Of a stretch of 32,000 nucleotides of DNA, positions 1-10,032 are shown piece after piece. Below the pieces are notes generated by a model. It saw only the letters and a program-made list of their open reading frames with translations. It was not told where the DNA came from and did not search any database. The stretch covers positions 660,001-692,000 of the forward strand of contig NZ_CP046577.1 of the NCBI RefSeq assembly GCF_013365435.1, in the 5' to 3' direction. A program made the translations under genes and the position numbers. Positions within the stretch are counted from its first letter, which is position 1. Every line of letters begins with the position of its first letter. This DNA comes from Wolbachia endosymbiont of Litomosoides sigmodontis. Lineage in GTDB: Bacteria; Pseudomonadota; Alphaproteobacteria; Rickettsiales; Anaplasmataceae.

Positions 1-684
<684 letters not shown>

Positions 685-741
685 TCAAATTAACTACAAA
701 GGGCTATATCAATATAAAATTAATATATTAATATCAACATC

Positions 742-1152
<411 letters not shown>

Positions 1153-1169
1153 TTACTTGACAATAAAAT

Positions 1170-1688
1170 TTATTTTTTAGAACTATAATAATCTAATACT
1201 TTCATAAGCCTCATGGAAGGTGAGTTAATAGATAACACCAATCTTGCAGAAATATTATAAAATATTAAATGCACAACTTTAATACGCAGCTCATCAAGAG
1301 AAGGCAACATAGCTAGCTTATTAACATCCTCTGCTGTAAGCAACTGATTTAAGTGAGCTGCACAAATCACAGACATCTTTTCTTTATTAGCATTAATGAA
1401 GTCAATTATTAGTTTTGCAGCCTCTACTATACTGCTAGAGTATATAATAGCAACGGGACCAGAAAACTTATCTAACAAGTAAGAAAATTTATCAGTTTTT
1501 TCTAAAGCCAAACGTGCTAGAGTGTTTTTAACTACTAGCATCCCACTTGCCGTAGACTTTAAGCTATCCCTAAGTGCTAATGAATCACTAGCATTTATAG
1601 ACTTAAAGTTTACCAGTATTAAAAAATCATTATTTATAAACACGTTTATTATATTTCGTATAAATTCATTTTTATTCTTGCGCTTCAC
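1170..1688 (-). CDS. rplJ: 50S ribosomal protein L10
   Basis: 172-aa ORF between rplA and rplL with an L10-like block (LALRDSLKSTASGMLVVKNTLARLALE). Confidence 0.9.
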   Translation of the reverse strand: MKRKNKNEFIRNIINVFINNDFLILVNFKSINASDSLALRDSLKSTASGMLVVKNTLARLALEKTDKFSYLLDKFSGPVAIIYSSSIVEAAKLIIDFINANKEKMSVICAAHLNQLLTAEDVNKLAMLPSLDELRIKVVHLIFYNISARLVLSINSPSMRLMKVLDYYSSKK

Positions 1689-1699
1689 GGTATTACCCC

Positions 1700-2353
1700 C
1701 TAAATTATATCTTCCACTTTACTCACTTTATAAGCCTTACCCATAGTTGAATTTAAAAAAATACTCTTAAAGTACACTCCTTTTACAGAAATAGGTTTAT
1801 TACTTTTAATTACTTTAAGAAAGGCTTTTAAATTTTCTAGCAAATCATCAACAGCAAATTTGATATTCCCTAATTTGCCGTGAACAATACCATTTTTATC
1901 TGTCCTAAATTTTATTTGACCAGACTTGATGGTTTTAATAGCTTCTGCAACGTTAAAAGTGACGGTACCAAATTTAGGATTAGGCATTAATCCTTTAGTG
2001 CCCAATAACTTTGCAATAGGAGTAATTTTTGCTATAAAATCAGGAGTGGTAATACACCAATCAACATCCAATTTTCTACCTCTTTTTATATCTTCAACCA
2101 AATTTTCTCCCCCCACAATATTAGCACCAGCTTTTTTAGCTTCTAATAAATGCTTATCTTGAGTGAAGGCAGCTACTTTAATATCTTTCCCAATACCTTT
2201 AGGCAAAACTATTATACCACGCACTTGTTCTTCAGATTTACGTGAATCTATACCCAAATTAACTGCAATGTCAATTGATTCGTTAAATTTCGCTGAAGCA
2301 GACTTAATAATCTCCTCCAAACACTCCTTAGGACTGCCATTATGCATATTCAT
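1700..2353 (-). CDS. rplA: 50S ribosomal protein L1
   Basis: 217-aa ORF with uL1 blocks ([39 protein letters not shown]). Conserved position after rplK. Confidence 0.95.
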   Translation of the reverse strand: MNMHNGSPKECLEEIIKSASAKFNESIDIAVNLGIDSRKSEEQVRGIIVLPKGIGKDIKVAAFTQDKHLLEAKKAGANIVGGENLVEDIKRGRKLDVDWCITTPDFIAKITPIAKLLGTKGLMPNPKFGTVTFNVAEAIKTIKSGQIKFRTDKNGIVHGKLGNIKFAVDDLLENLKAFLKVIKSNKPISVKGVYFKSIFLNSTMGKAYKVSKVEDII

Positions 2354-2357
2354 GCTT

Positions 2358-2798
2358 CTAATCTTCTATAATTTCTATACCCATAGATTTAGCAGTGCCT
2401 ATAACCATTTTCACTGCTGAATCTTCATTATCCACTTTCATATCAACCATCTTATATCTTGCTATTTTAATTATAGCAGATATAGGCAATCTAGCTACCA
2501 ATTCTTTACCAGAATTACCAGAACCTTTATTCAATTTAGCTTCCTGCTTAAGTAAGTAAGCTACAGGTGGGCCACTGATAGTAAAATCGTGAGATCGGTC
2601 ATCCTTTATAGAAATTCGCACTGTTACCAAATCACCAACCTTATAATTGGTATTAGCTGTACTAGTCACTTTATTGAAAGCCTCGCAGAACTTAGGAATA
2701 GATATACCACGCGGACCAAGCACTGAAGCAATTTTTGGCCCAGGAACTGCTTTTCCCGCTTCCATCAGTAAGTTAATCTTGGCAACTATTACATTCAT
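2358..2798 (-). CDS. rplK: 50S ribosomal protein L11
   Basis: 146-aa ORF with the uL11 N-terminal block ([36 protein letters not shown]). Conserved position after nusG. Confidence 0.95.
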   Translation of the reverse strand: MNVIVAKINLLMEAGKAVPGPKIASVLGPRGISIPKFCEAFNKVTSTANTNYKVGDLVTVRISIKDDRSHDFTISGPPVAYLLKQEAKLNKGSGNSGKELVARLPISAIIKIARYKMVDMKVDNEDSAVKMVIGTAKSMGIEIIED

Positions 2799-2800
2799 AA

Positions 2801-3634
2801 TTAATCCTCTATTTTTTCCACTTGAGCTAGATCAAGCTCTATTATTGTTGGCTTACCTAGAATTGACACTTCTACATTAATAACTCTCTTTTCATCATTA
2901 ATCACATCTACCTTGCCAGTGAAATTTTGGAAAAGACCATCATTAATTTTTACCTTTTCACCTTTTTCATAACCATGGCTTAACTTTTTCGTTTCTTGAG
3001 CACTGTAAAGCGCATTACACATTGAGTGAATTTCATCATCAGAAATCATTTTTGGAACATTACCATTTTTTAAGAATCCATAGACTTTAAGAGATTTTGG
3101 TATATTATTAACAAAATTTAGCACTTCATCACACAAATTCACATATAAAAAAACATAACCAGGAAAACACTTTCTTCGTATAGTAGCTTTTTTAGATCTT
3201 AGTTCTACTTCACTTGGTTCTTCATACGGAATGAAAACTTCCTTAAAATAACCATCGACCCCTAATCTCATAGAATTTTCCAGTACGTGTTGACACACCT
3301 TTTCTTCATAATTAGAAGCAACTCTTAAAATATACCACTTATATTTATTAAATTCCTTACGCTTCAAATCCACCTCTTCATCTGAAACTGTTTCAAAACT
3401 ACAGGAATCACTACTGTAAAATCCAAGCGTTTTGCTTAAGATATTTCTACTCTCATCACATAGATACATACATACATACACTTCACATACTTCTATATTA
3501 GACTTCAAGTTACATACTGTCTGATAAGGAATAAATACCTCCTTAAAATAGGTAGCATTGCTTACTAATTCAAGTATATTGCTCTCATGCCCATAATTAA
3601 TTTTAATAATATACCATTTATGTTCATATGCCAT
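2801..3634 (-). CDS. nusG: Transcription termination/antitermination factor NusG, atypically long (internal NGN-region duplication)
   Basis: The frame is open 2801-3664. The most plausible start is ATG 3634 (MAYEHKWYIIK), with the tracked ATG at 3664 as an alternative. It has an NGN-like region (KWYILRVASNYEE...FPGYVFLYV) and a KOW motif (GEKVKINDGLFQNFTGKVDVI). It sits between secE and rplK. See the finding on the duplicated N-terminal segment. Confidence 0.9.
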   Translation of the reverse strand: MAYEHKWYIIKINYGHESNILELVSNATYFKEVFIPYQTVCNLKSNIEVCEVYVCMYLCDESRNILSKTLGFYSSDSCSFETVSDEEVDLKRKEFNKYKWYILRVASNYEEKVCQHVLENSMRLGVDGYFKEVFIPYEEPSEVELRSKKATIRRKCFPGYVFLYVNLCDEVLNFVNNIPKSLKVYGFLKNGNVPKMISDDEIHSMCNALYSAQETKKLSHGYEKGEKVKINDGLFQNFTGKVDVINDEKRVINVEVSILGKPTIIELDLAQVEKIED

Positions 3635-3824
3635 AAACAATTCCAAATAAAGCCTTAATCGCATAAAGAGATATAAAATCTACAAAGCAAAAGAAAACTG
3701 AAAAGCATAATATAACAATCACTACAACAAATAGAGATGATAAAACTTCTTGCTTTTTCATCCAGGCAATTCTTCTTACTTCCTGCTTTATATCACAAAA
3801 AAAAATACTTAAAATTTTCAACAT
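3624..3824 (-). CDS. secE: Preprotein translocase subunit SecE
   Basis: 66-aa ORF with a basic block (KQEVRRIAWMKKQEV) followed by a single hydrophobic helix. It occupies the conserved slot between tRNA-Trp and nusG. Its 3' end overlaps the nusG ATG (3634) by 11 nt. Confidence 0.85.
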   Translation of the reverse strand: MLKILSIFFCDIKQEVRRIAWMKKQEVLSSLFVVVIVILCFSVFFCFVDFISLYAIKALFGIVYGI

Positions 3825-3843
3825 TTCTGCTACAATATTAATG

Positions 3844-3916
3844 CAGGAGTGATAGGAGTTGAACCTACAACTTCTGGTTTTGGAGACCAGCGCTCTACCA
3901 ATTGAGCTACACTCCT
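3844..3916 (-). tRNA. tRNA-Trp (anticodon CCA)
   Basis: The reverse complement folds as a cloverleaf: acceptor AGGAGTG/CACTCCT, D-arm GCTC-AATTGGTA-GAGC, anticodon arm CTGGT-CTCCAAA-ACCAG, T-arm GTAGG-TTCAACT-CCTAT. 73 nt, no encoded CCA. Confidence 0.93.
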
Positions 3917-3939
3917 ATAACTCAAAATCCTCTCCCCTT

Positions 3940-5112
3940 TCACTCCAAAACTTCAGAAACAACACCAGAACCAACAGTTCTACCTCCTTCTCTTATTGCA
4001 AAGCGCAATCCCTTATCCATTGCTATCGGCACTTGCAATTCTACCTCTATACTTACATTATCTCCAGGCATTACCATTTCTTTTCCCTCTAGTAACTTTA
4101 TATTCCCCGTTACATCTGTCGTCCTTAAATAAAATTGTGGCTGATAATTCGCAAAAAATGGTGTGTGCCTTCCTCCCTCTTCTTTTTTTAATATGTAAAC
4201 TTCTGCCTTGAATTTCTTGTGAGGCGTTATTGTTCCTGGTTTTGCTAATACTTGTCCTCTTTCCACTTCTTCTCTCTTCGTACCTCTTAACAATATACCC
4301 ACGTTTAACCCAGCACTTCCTTTTTCTAGCAATTTCTTAAACATTTCTACACCAGTGCATGTTGTTTTCTGTGTAGTTTTTAGACCTATTATCTCTACCT
4401 CATCACCAGCCTTTATTTCTCCTTTTTCTATTCTTCCTGTTACTACTGTTCCACGCCCTGATATTGAAAATACATCCTCAATTGGCAATAGGAATGGTAA
4501 ATCTACAGGTCTTGGTGGAACTTCTACATACTCATCTAACTTCTCCATCAATTTATCTATTGATTTCTTCCCATATTCACCACCATTTTCCTCCAATGCT
4601 TTCAATGCAGACCCAACTATCACTGGAACATCACCACCTGGGAATCCGTATTTACTTAGCAATTCCCTCACTTCCATCTCTACCAAACCTATCATATCAG
4701 AATCAGATACATCAGCTTTATTTATATACACTACAATATATCCAACACCAACTTGCTTAGCGAGCAATATATGTTCCCTCGTTTGCGGCATAGGTCCATC
4801 AACTCCTGACACCACCAAAATCGCTGCATCCATTTGTGCTGCACCAACTATCATATTCTTCACATAATCAGCGTGTCCAGGACAATCAACATGTGCATAA
4901 TGTCTACTCTCCGTTTGATATTCAACATGTGCTGTTGCAATTGTTATTCCTCTTTTTCTCTCTTCTGGCGCCTTATCTATTTGATCGTACGCTACAAAAT
5001 TTCCATAATGCTTTGTTATTGCTGCTGTCAACGTTGTCTTCCCATGGTCCACATGCCCTATTGTTCCCACATTGACATGCGGCTTTCCAAATGCTTCCAC
5101 TACTTGTGTCAT
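3940..5112 (-). CDS. tuf: Elongation factor Tu
   Basis: 390-aa ORF with the G1 motif [18 protein letters not shown] and SAL, and full-length EF-Tu architecture. It is flanked by tRNA genes as in the conserved tuf locus. Confidence 0.98.
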   Translation of the reverse strand: MTQVVEAFGKPHVNVGTIGHVDHGKTTLTAAITKHYGNFVAYDQIDKAPEERKRGITIATAHVEYQTESRHYAHVDCPGHADYVKNMIVGAAQMDAAILVVSGVDGPMPQTREHILLAKQVGVGYIVVYINKADVSDSDMIGLVEMEVRELLSKYGFPGGDVPVIVGSALKALEENGGEYGKKSIDKLMEKLDEYVEVPPRPVDLPFLLPIEDVFSISGRGTVVTGRIEKGEIKAGDEVEIIGLKTTQKTTCTGVEMFKKLLEKGSAGLNVGILLRGTKREEVERGQVLAKPGTITPHKKFKAEVYILKKEEGGRHTPFFANYQPQFYLRTTDVTGNIKLLEGKEMVMPGDNVSIEVELQVPIAMDKGLRFAIREGGRTVGSGVVSEVLE

Positions 5113-5190
5113 AACTTTAACTTTTCTACCTAAAATACAAATACATCAATAAGTAATATATTGATTTTATAAAAATACAACAAAAAAAAG

Positions 5191-5262
5191 AGCGGATAGT
5201 GGGATTCGAACCCACTCCGCTAGCTTGGAAGGCTAGAGCTCTACCAATTAAGCTATACCCGC
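5191..5262 (-). tRNA. tRNA-Gly (anticodon UCC)
   Basis: Reverse complement is GCGGGTA-TA-GCTT-AATTGGTA-GAGC-T-CTAGC-CTTCCAA-GCTAG-CGGA-GTGGG-TTCGAAT-CCCAC-TATCCGC-T. 72 nt. Confidence 0.93.
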
Positions 5263-5266
5263 GCAA

Positions 5267-5348
5267 TGGAGGAGGTAGGATTCGAACCTACGTACGCAAC
5301 GCGGACAGATTTACAGTCTGTTACCTTTAACCACTCGGTCACTCCTCC
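5267..5348 (-). tRNA. tRNA-Tyr (anticodon GUA), class II with long variable arm
   Basis: The reverse complement starts GGAGGAG and contains the anticodon loop context GACTGTAAATC. It has a long variable arm, a T-arm (TAGGTTCGAATCCTA) and a 3' acceptor CTCCTCC plus A. 82 nt. Confidence 0.92.
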
Positions 5349-5465
5349 ACAAGAATTTGTTAAGAGAGCACTATTCCAGTATTCTAACTTAAGCTTTTAT
5401 TATACTTTATATTAACACCAAAAACCAAAAAATCAAGCAATAAAACCTTTGCCTGATTTTTAAAA

Positions 5466-6617
5466 TCAGACAGATTTCATTTTATACAACACAATATTGC
5501 CAATAAAACGCTTAAATAAGTAATGTGAATCATGTGTACCTGGCGCTTCTTCTGGGTGATACTGTACAGAAAAAACTGGATAATCCTTTGCCATTATTCC
5601 CTCTATACTACTATCAAACATAGAAATATGAGTAACTTCAACGTTATTTGGTAGAGAAGATGGATCTAAAACAAAGCCATGATTTTGGCTAGTGATCTCA
5701 ACTTTATCGCTACTTACGTTATAAACCGGATGATTACTTCCTCGGTGACCAACGTTCATCTTGATAGTTTTTGCCCCCAAAGTAATCGCTAATAATTGAT
5801 GACCCATGCATATACCAAAAATTGGTATTTTAGATTTTACAATAACATCTATCTCTGGAGTTACACTTTTTCCTATTTCTTGCGGATCTCCAGGACCGTT
5901 AGAGAGCACTATACCATCTGGACATATACTTAATATTTTTTGAGCGAAACCTCTATCTGGCTTAATTAATTCAATTGCACAACCAAGCTCTATTAAGCGT
6001 GAAATTATACTAGCTTTTACACCAAAATCAACTACTGCAACTTTATATTTTGCATTGAGGCCATTTTTAAAATTGTTATTTAAACTAACTTTACCGATTA
6101 TTTCTATTCCATTTACAGGCTTATGTTTTTTTAATTCATTAAATAGATCTTTTATTACCAAAATACCTTGATCATTACAGATACCAGTGTTACACATCGT
6201 GGTAACATCAGAGTGGGTCAATGGGCATATTATTCCATTTTGAGGCCCATGTTTTCTCAAATGCCTAGTCAAGGCTCTAGTGTCAATTCCTGATATTCCA
6301 ACTAAGTTACTTTTTTCTAACCAATCTTTTAAACTTACATATGAAGAAGGATGAGATACAGGAGAAAGTTCGCGCATAATCACACCACTTGCAAAAATTT
6401 TCTTTCCTTCATTATCTTTATCGTTTATTCCAATATTGCCAATATGAGGAAAAGTAAACATTATGATCTGATCAGTAAAAGAAGGATCGGTTATAGTATG
6501 CTGATAACCGGTAACACCAGTAGTAAAACAGATCTCACCTATGCACTTGCCTTTTTTACCTATTGACTTTCCTAAAAAGCACTTGCCATCTTGTAAAACT
6601 AGAACTGTATCCTGCAC
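5466..6617 (-). CDS. carA: Carbamoyl-phosphate synthase small (glutamine amidotransferase) subunit
   Basis: 383-aa ORF with a CarA N-terminal domain (FTTGVTGYQHTITDPSF) and a class-I GATase domain with the catalytic GICMGHQ and HPE blocks. Confidence 0.95.
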   Translation of the reverse strand: MQDTVLVLQDGKCFLGKSIGKKGKCIGEICFTTGVTGYQHTITDPSFTDQIIMFTFPHIGNIGINDKDNEGKKIFASGVIMRELSPVSHPSSYVSLKDWLEKSNLVGISGIDTRALTRHLRKHGPQNGIICPLTHSDVTTMCNTGICNDQGILVIKDLFNELKKHKPVNGIEIIGKVSLNNNFKNGLNAKYKVAVVDFGVKASIISRLIELGCAIELIKPDRGFAQKILSICPDGIVLSNGPGDPQEIGKSVTPEIDVIVKSKIPIFGICMGHQLLAITLGAKTIKMNVGHRGSNHPVYNVSSDKVEITSQNHGFVLDPSSLPNNVEVTHISMFDSSIEGIMAKDYPVFSVQYHPEEAPGTHDSHYLFKRFIGNIVLYKMKSV

Positions 6618-6752
6618 TAAATTCTCTCTAAACTGATTTAAAATAGTATATAAGAATTTCTAATAATGTATAACTCTTTCTAAAAATTAGAATTTAGTCA
6701 TAATTAAATAACATGAAAAAAACTTTTATACACCTTAAATTTAAATATATCA

Positions 6753-6781
6753 TTGACTACTTTCATATTTCATATTAAATT
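6753..6781 (+). promoter_or_regulatory. Candidate sigma70-type promoter (TTGACT-N17-TAAATT) for the 6818 ORF
   Basis: TTGACT at 6753-6758 and TAAATT at 6776-6781 with 17-nt spacing, about 40 nt upstream of a GGAGAG Shine-Dalgarno and ATG 6818. Such matches are common by chance in AT-rich DNA. Confidence 0.2.
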
Positions 6782-6817
6782 TGACTTAATTATTAAGTTA
6801 ATATATTGGAGAGTATA

Positions 6818-7324
6818 ATGTTTGCTAATAGTAAATTACCTAAAAAAATAAATCAGAAGTGGCTAATTATAGGAGCTAACTCACTATTATTTATGACGAT
6901 GTTACCTTCAATTTTTCTTTTAGCAAAAATGGTCATAGGACTAATCATGATCTCAGTTATAGCAATAGCAGTAAAAATTGCCTCAAAAACACTATTGAAT
7001 GTCTTAGAGGATAAACAGGCAGATCCAAATCAATCAACGCCACAAACAACACAAAGCAGGATTGTAAACCTAATCGTTGGGTTAATATCCACATTTGCAG
7101 GTGGATTATCACTGCTTATCATAGCAAAAACTGGTATAGCTATAACATGTGCAACTGTAGCCATTCTAGCCATACATGAATATACTAAGGATTATAAATA
7201 TGCTGAAGATAAAGAAATGAGTACAAGCATAAACGATAAATTCGATGATATAGCTGAAAATATAACTAATTTTATTGTTAGTAGCATTGAAAAATTTGTC
7301 CCATTACAAGAACGCCATGTATAG
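6818..7324 (+). CDS. Hypothetical membrane protein (two ~40-aa hydrophobic blocks, acidic C-terminal tail)
   Basis: The ORF track starts at TTG 6806. ATG 6818 is preceded by GGAGAG at the right spacing, so I prefer it. The two hydrophobic blocks are LIIGANSLLFMTMLPSIFLLAKMVIGLIMISVIAIAVKIA and IVNLIVGLISTFAGGLSLLIIAKTGIAITCATVAILAI. I recognise no family. Confidence 0.6.
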   Translation: MFANSKLPKKINQKWLIIGANSLLFMTMLPSIFLLAKMVIGLIMISVIAIAVKIASKTLLNVLEDKQADPNQSTPQTTQSRIVNLIVGLISTFAGGLSLLIIAKTGIAITCATVAILAIHEYTKDYKYAEDKEMSTSINDKFDDIAENITNFIVSSIEKFVPLQERHV

Positions 7325-7409
7325 CTCTCACCTCTATACTTATTTTGTGTACGTTGATTAAGTAAGCTGTATTGTCTCGTATTTCTTTACCACACAGCTA
7401 TATATGATT

Positions 7410-8318
7410 TTATTCTATAAATTTTCTTATTATGCTAAATTTTAAGCCACGAACGAAATCTTCAATATTGCAAGGACTTCTTCCTTCCATTTGGACAATT
7501 TTAGGAATTAAGGTGCCACTTTCTAAACTTATGTGCATATTATCATTAATAATTTTACCTTGTCCTGAAGTTAGAGAAGCATTTACTTTAAAATCAGCAT
7601 CGAGTATCCTTACACGTCTATGCTCTATCTTAACAAATGCCTTGGGATAAAAAGCTTTAACTTTTCTATAAGCAACTTCACAGATGTCACTTGCATAAAT
7701 TTTATAATCTTCCATTTTTTCAGCATAGCATACTCCATCATCACTTTGTTCTAGAGGAAGGTGCTTTTCAATTTCATCTATTACTTCCATCAGTAAGTCA
7801 CTACCTAGCTTAGATAATTTATTATGTAAAGTTTTATAATTATCATTTTTTTTAATTAGAATTTTTTTCTGCTTTAAAATAGGACCAGAATCTAATTCCT
7901 CATTCAATTGTATAATGCTAACTCCAGTTTCTTGGTCTCCAGCTAAAATAGTGTGCTGTATGGGAGCTGCTCCACGCCATCTAGGCAGCAGTGAAGGGTG
8001 AATATTAATACAACTATACTTTGGAATACCCAGAATTTCTCTTGGAAGCATCAGTCCATAAGCAGCAACAACTGCAATGTCTGGTTTAAATTTCTCAAAC
8101 CTTTCTTGCTCTACCAAAAATTTCAGAGAAGTAGGAGTACATACCTCTATACCTCTTTCTTCAGCAATAACATGCACTGGAGATTTTGTTAGTTTTTGTC
8201 CACGCCCTGAAGGTTTTGGAGCCTTAGTATATACTGTCACTACCTCATTTTTTGACTTTAATAGCGAATTTAGCGCATTGACAGCAAACTCTGGTGATCC
8301 CATAAAAATGATTCTCAT
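7410..8318 (-). CDS. fmt: Methionyl-tRNA formyltransferase
   Basis: 302-aa ORF with [13 protein letters not shown], the formyltransferase core ([25 protein letters not shown]) and a C-terminal Fmt domain. Confidence 0.95.
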   Translation of the reverse strand: MRIIFMGSPEFAVNALNSLLKSKNEVVTVYTKAPKPSGRGQKLTKSPVHVIAEERGIEVCTPTSLKFLVEQERFEKFKPDIAVVAAYGLMLPREILGIPKYSCINIHPSLLPRWRGAAPIQHTILAGDQETGVSIIQLNEELDSGPILKQKKILIKKNDNYKTLHNKLSKLGSDLLMEVIDEIEKHLPLEQSDDGVCYAEKMEDYKIYASDICEVAYRKVKAFYPKAFVKIEHRRVRILDADFKVNASLTSGQGKIINDNMHISLESGTLIPKIVQMEGRSPCNIEDFVRGLKFSIIRKFIE

Positions 8319-8345
8319 ACCGCCAAATGCTTTTGCCTAAGGAAA

Positions 8346-8711
8346 TCAAGAATTCTCTGTCAGTTTATTACTTACATCTCCTACTAATTTTGCAAAATCA
8401 TCTTTATAGTTAACGGCCATTTCAGCAAGAATCTTTCTACTTAAATCAATTCCAGTAAGTGCAAGACCGTGCATAAATCTACTATAAGTAAGCCCGTATT
8501 CCCTTACTGCTGCATTAATACGTATTATCCACAAACTACGGAAATCGCGCTTACGATTTCTTCTGTCTCTGTAAGCATATTGCAATGCTTTTTCAACCTT
8601 TTGTAACGCAACTCTATAGCAACTTTTCGCACGCCCTCTATAACCCTTTGCTAAACTTAATACTTTTTTATGACGAGCGTGAGTAGTGACTCCACGTTTT
8701 ACTCGAGCCAT
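8346..8711 (-). CDS. rplT: 50S ribosomal protein L20
   Basis: 121-aa ORF starting [27 protein letters not shown], typical bL20. Immediately downstream of rpmI. Confidence 0.96.
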   Translation of the reverse strand: MARVKRGVTTHARHKKVLSLAKGYRGRAKSCYRVALQKVEKALQYAYRDRRNRKRDFRSLWIIRINAAVREYGLTYSRFMHGLALTGIDLSRKILAEMAVNYKDDFAKLVGDVSNKLTENS

Positions 8712-8729
8712 TTTATTACCCCCGTTTTG

Positions 8730-8936
8730 TTAAATTCCATAAGGCATATAAAGCTTAACTATGCGTGAGTCAGATTTACCAAGAATCGTAGTACCGCGCT
8801 GGTTACGAATATTAGATTTACTTCTCTTTGCCATACCATGCCTTTTACCTGATTGCGTAGAAATAACCTTGCCCTTAGCTGTAAGACTAAAACGCTTTTT
8901 AACAGAGGACTTGGTCTTCAATTTTATTTTCTTCAT
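8730..8936 (-). CDS. rpmI: 50S ribosomal protein L35
   Basis: 68-aa highly basic ORF ([24 protein letters not shown]...). Forms the conserved rpmI-rplT pair. Confidence 0.9.
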   Translation of the reverse strand: MKKIKLKTKSSVKKRFSLTAKGKVISTQSGKRHGMAKRSKSNIRNQRGTTILGKSDSRIVKLYMPYGI

Positions 8937-9049
8937 ATCTTAAATAAGTTCACGAACATTATCATCAAATTTTTCAGTAATATGAGTAATATTATCAAAG
9001 AATCAAATAGCATGCAACCTAAAGTTGTAATATAATCACAATCTATATA

Positions 9050-9505
9050 TTACAGGAGCTTAAATGTAGTTACACCTAATATATGGGTTACATCTTCTTT
9101 ATTTCCGAGTGGCAACAATACTTGCCTCATTTTAACACTTTCACTTTCTTCCTCTTCATTGATTGGACATTTACTATCTACTATAGTATCAAATTTATCA
9201 ATAACCGCATCTATTTTATATAATCGTAAAAACGGTGCATTAATTGAACATTTGCTATCAATACACATATTTTTCTCAAAACCATAGAACTCAACAGCTT
9301 TTTCTCCTGCATTCTCACAGATATAACCTCGATCATTAACTTCAATAATATAGCAATGTTGCCATGACTCCATTATTTCAGCAGTATCTATCTCTTGCCT
9401 TTCTGGCCAGTCTCTATTTGGTCCTTTTATCTCACTCCAGTACTGAGTCACTACATTTGCTATTCTTCTTTCTCTACCTGTATAAATTCCCATTCCAACA
9501 TCCAC
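9050..9505 (-). CDS. Small PAS-fold protein (alphaproteobacterial PAS_5/DUF1457-like)
   Basis: 151-aa ORF. The landmark order YW..IKG....P.R.EID..EI......H.YIIEV...GY...AG..AVEFYG...........Y...V.........R.VLLPLG......HILG matches my memory of the standalone PAS_5 family. The call rests on pattern only, with no search run. Confidence 0.55.
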   Translation of the reverse strand: MDVGMGIYTGRERRIANVVTQYWSEIKGPNRDWPERQEIDTAEIMESWQHCYIIEVNDRGYICENAGEKAVEFYGFEKNMCIDSKCSINAPFLRLYKIDAVIDKFDTIVDSKCPINEEEESESVKMRQVLLPLGNKEDVTHILGVTTFKLL

Positions 9506-9664
9506 ATATAAAACACAGATATAAGCTTAATCTACTGTGAATGTATTGATTTTTTCTTAACCACAAGGGTACGTGTCACCTAGATACCCATACTGCTATG
9601 TAACTGATATAGTACTTTCTCTAACCATTACTTTAACGTAGGCCACACCTTACTTAGTTAATTT

Positions 9665-10030
9665 TTAGCTATATATACCAAATACATTCATACCACTCTT
9701 ATGATATTCATTACTTTTCTCACTATCTATTTTGCTGATTAAATAGTAATCTCTCAAGTTAGTAAGTCGTTGTAATAAATTACTAAAATCACAACCACTT
9801 CTTATATTAGAATCAAATTCTCTTTGCATCCCCTTTATCGTATATCCTTTATAATATAGCATGTACTTTATTTTCTTTATGACTTCTATACATTTATTAT
9901 CATATAGCCTTCTTCCCTTACGTTGTATGAGTTTAATCTGACGAAATTGATTTCCTTAACCCCTTTAAATGGGCTGCTTTAAATGCAATTCTTAAGCTAC
10001 ATCCCCAATTGTATAAAACAATTTTTCCTT
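9665..10030 (-). pseudogene. MerR-family transcriptional regulator, frameshifted and apparently start-less
   Basis: The 65-aa tracked ORF (9665-9862) extends upstream in frame to GNQFRQIKLIQRKGRRLYDNKCIEVIKKIKYMLYYKGYTIKGMQREF. This matches the alphaproteobacterial MerR-type block F.QIKP.KR.GGRR.Y..D...L..IK.LL...G.TIKGVQ..L. The expected upstream HTH part (LYNWGCSLRIAFKAAHLKGLRKS) is in a different frame (about 9955-10020). That frame is closed by stops, and I found no ATG/GTG/TTG start in it. The position right after ihfA matches an ihfA-merR pairing I recall as common in alphaproteobacteria. Confidence 0.55.
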
Positions 10031-10032
10031 AT

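Noticed and set aside
3859-4132. Plus-strand ORFs 3859-4092 and 3902-4132.
   Set aside because: They overlap tRNA-Trp and the 3' end of tuf on the opposite strand, and the peptides are featureless.
3996-5133. Several plus-strand ORFs (e.g. 4355-4867, 170 aa; 4464-4760; 4834-5133; 3996-4211) lying inside tuf.
   Set aside because: They are antisense to an unambiguous, full-length EF-Tu gene. Their products are low-complexity Ser/Pro/Thr/Ile-rich with no family features. Long antisense frames are expected opposite strongly codon-biased genes.
5452-5470. Palindrome ctgatttttaaaatcag straddling the carA stop codon as a possible terminator.
   Set aside because: It is an all-A/T stem apart from the outer 3 bp, has essentially no loop, and overlaps coding sequence. 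It cannot be told apart from chance palindromes in AT-rich DNA.
9955-10020. Minus-strand string GGGGATGTAGCTTAAG...AAAGCAGCCC, which recalled a tRNA 5' end and the GGGATGTAGCT / AAGCAGCC blocks of SRP (4.5S) RNA.
   Set aside because: There is no T-arm (GTTCGAATC type), no GGAA tetraloop context, and the motif order is reversed relative to SRP RNA. The catttaaag element is a direct repeat, not a stem. The sequence is better explained as the frameshifted HTH-coding part of the MerR-like pseudogene.
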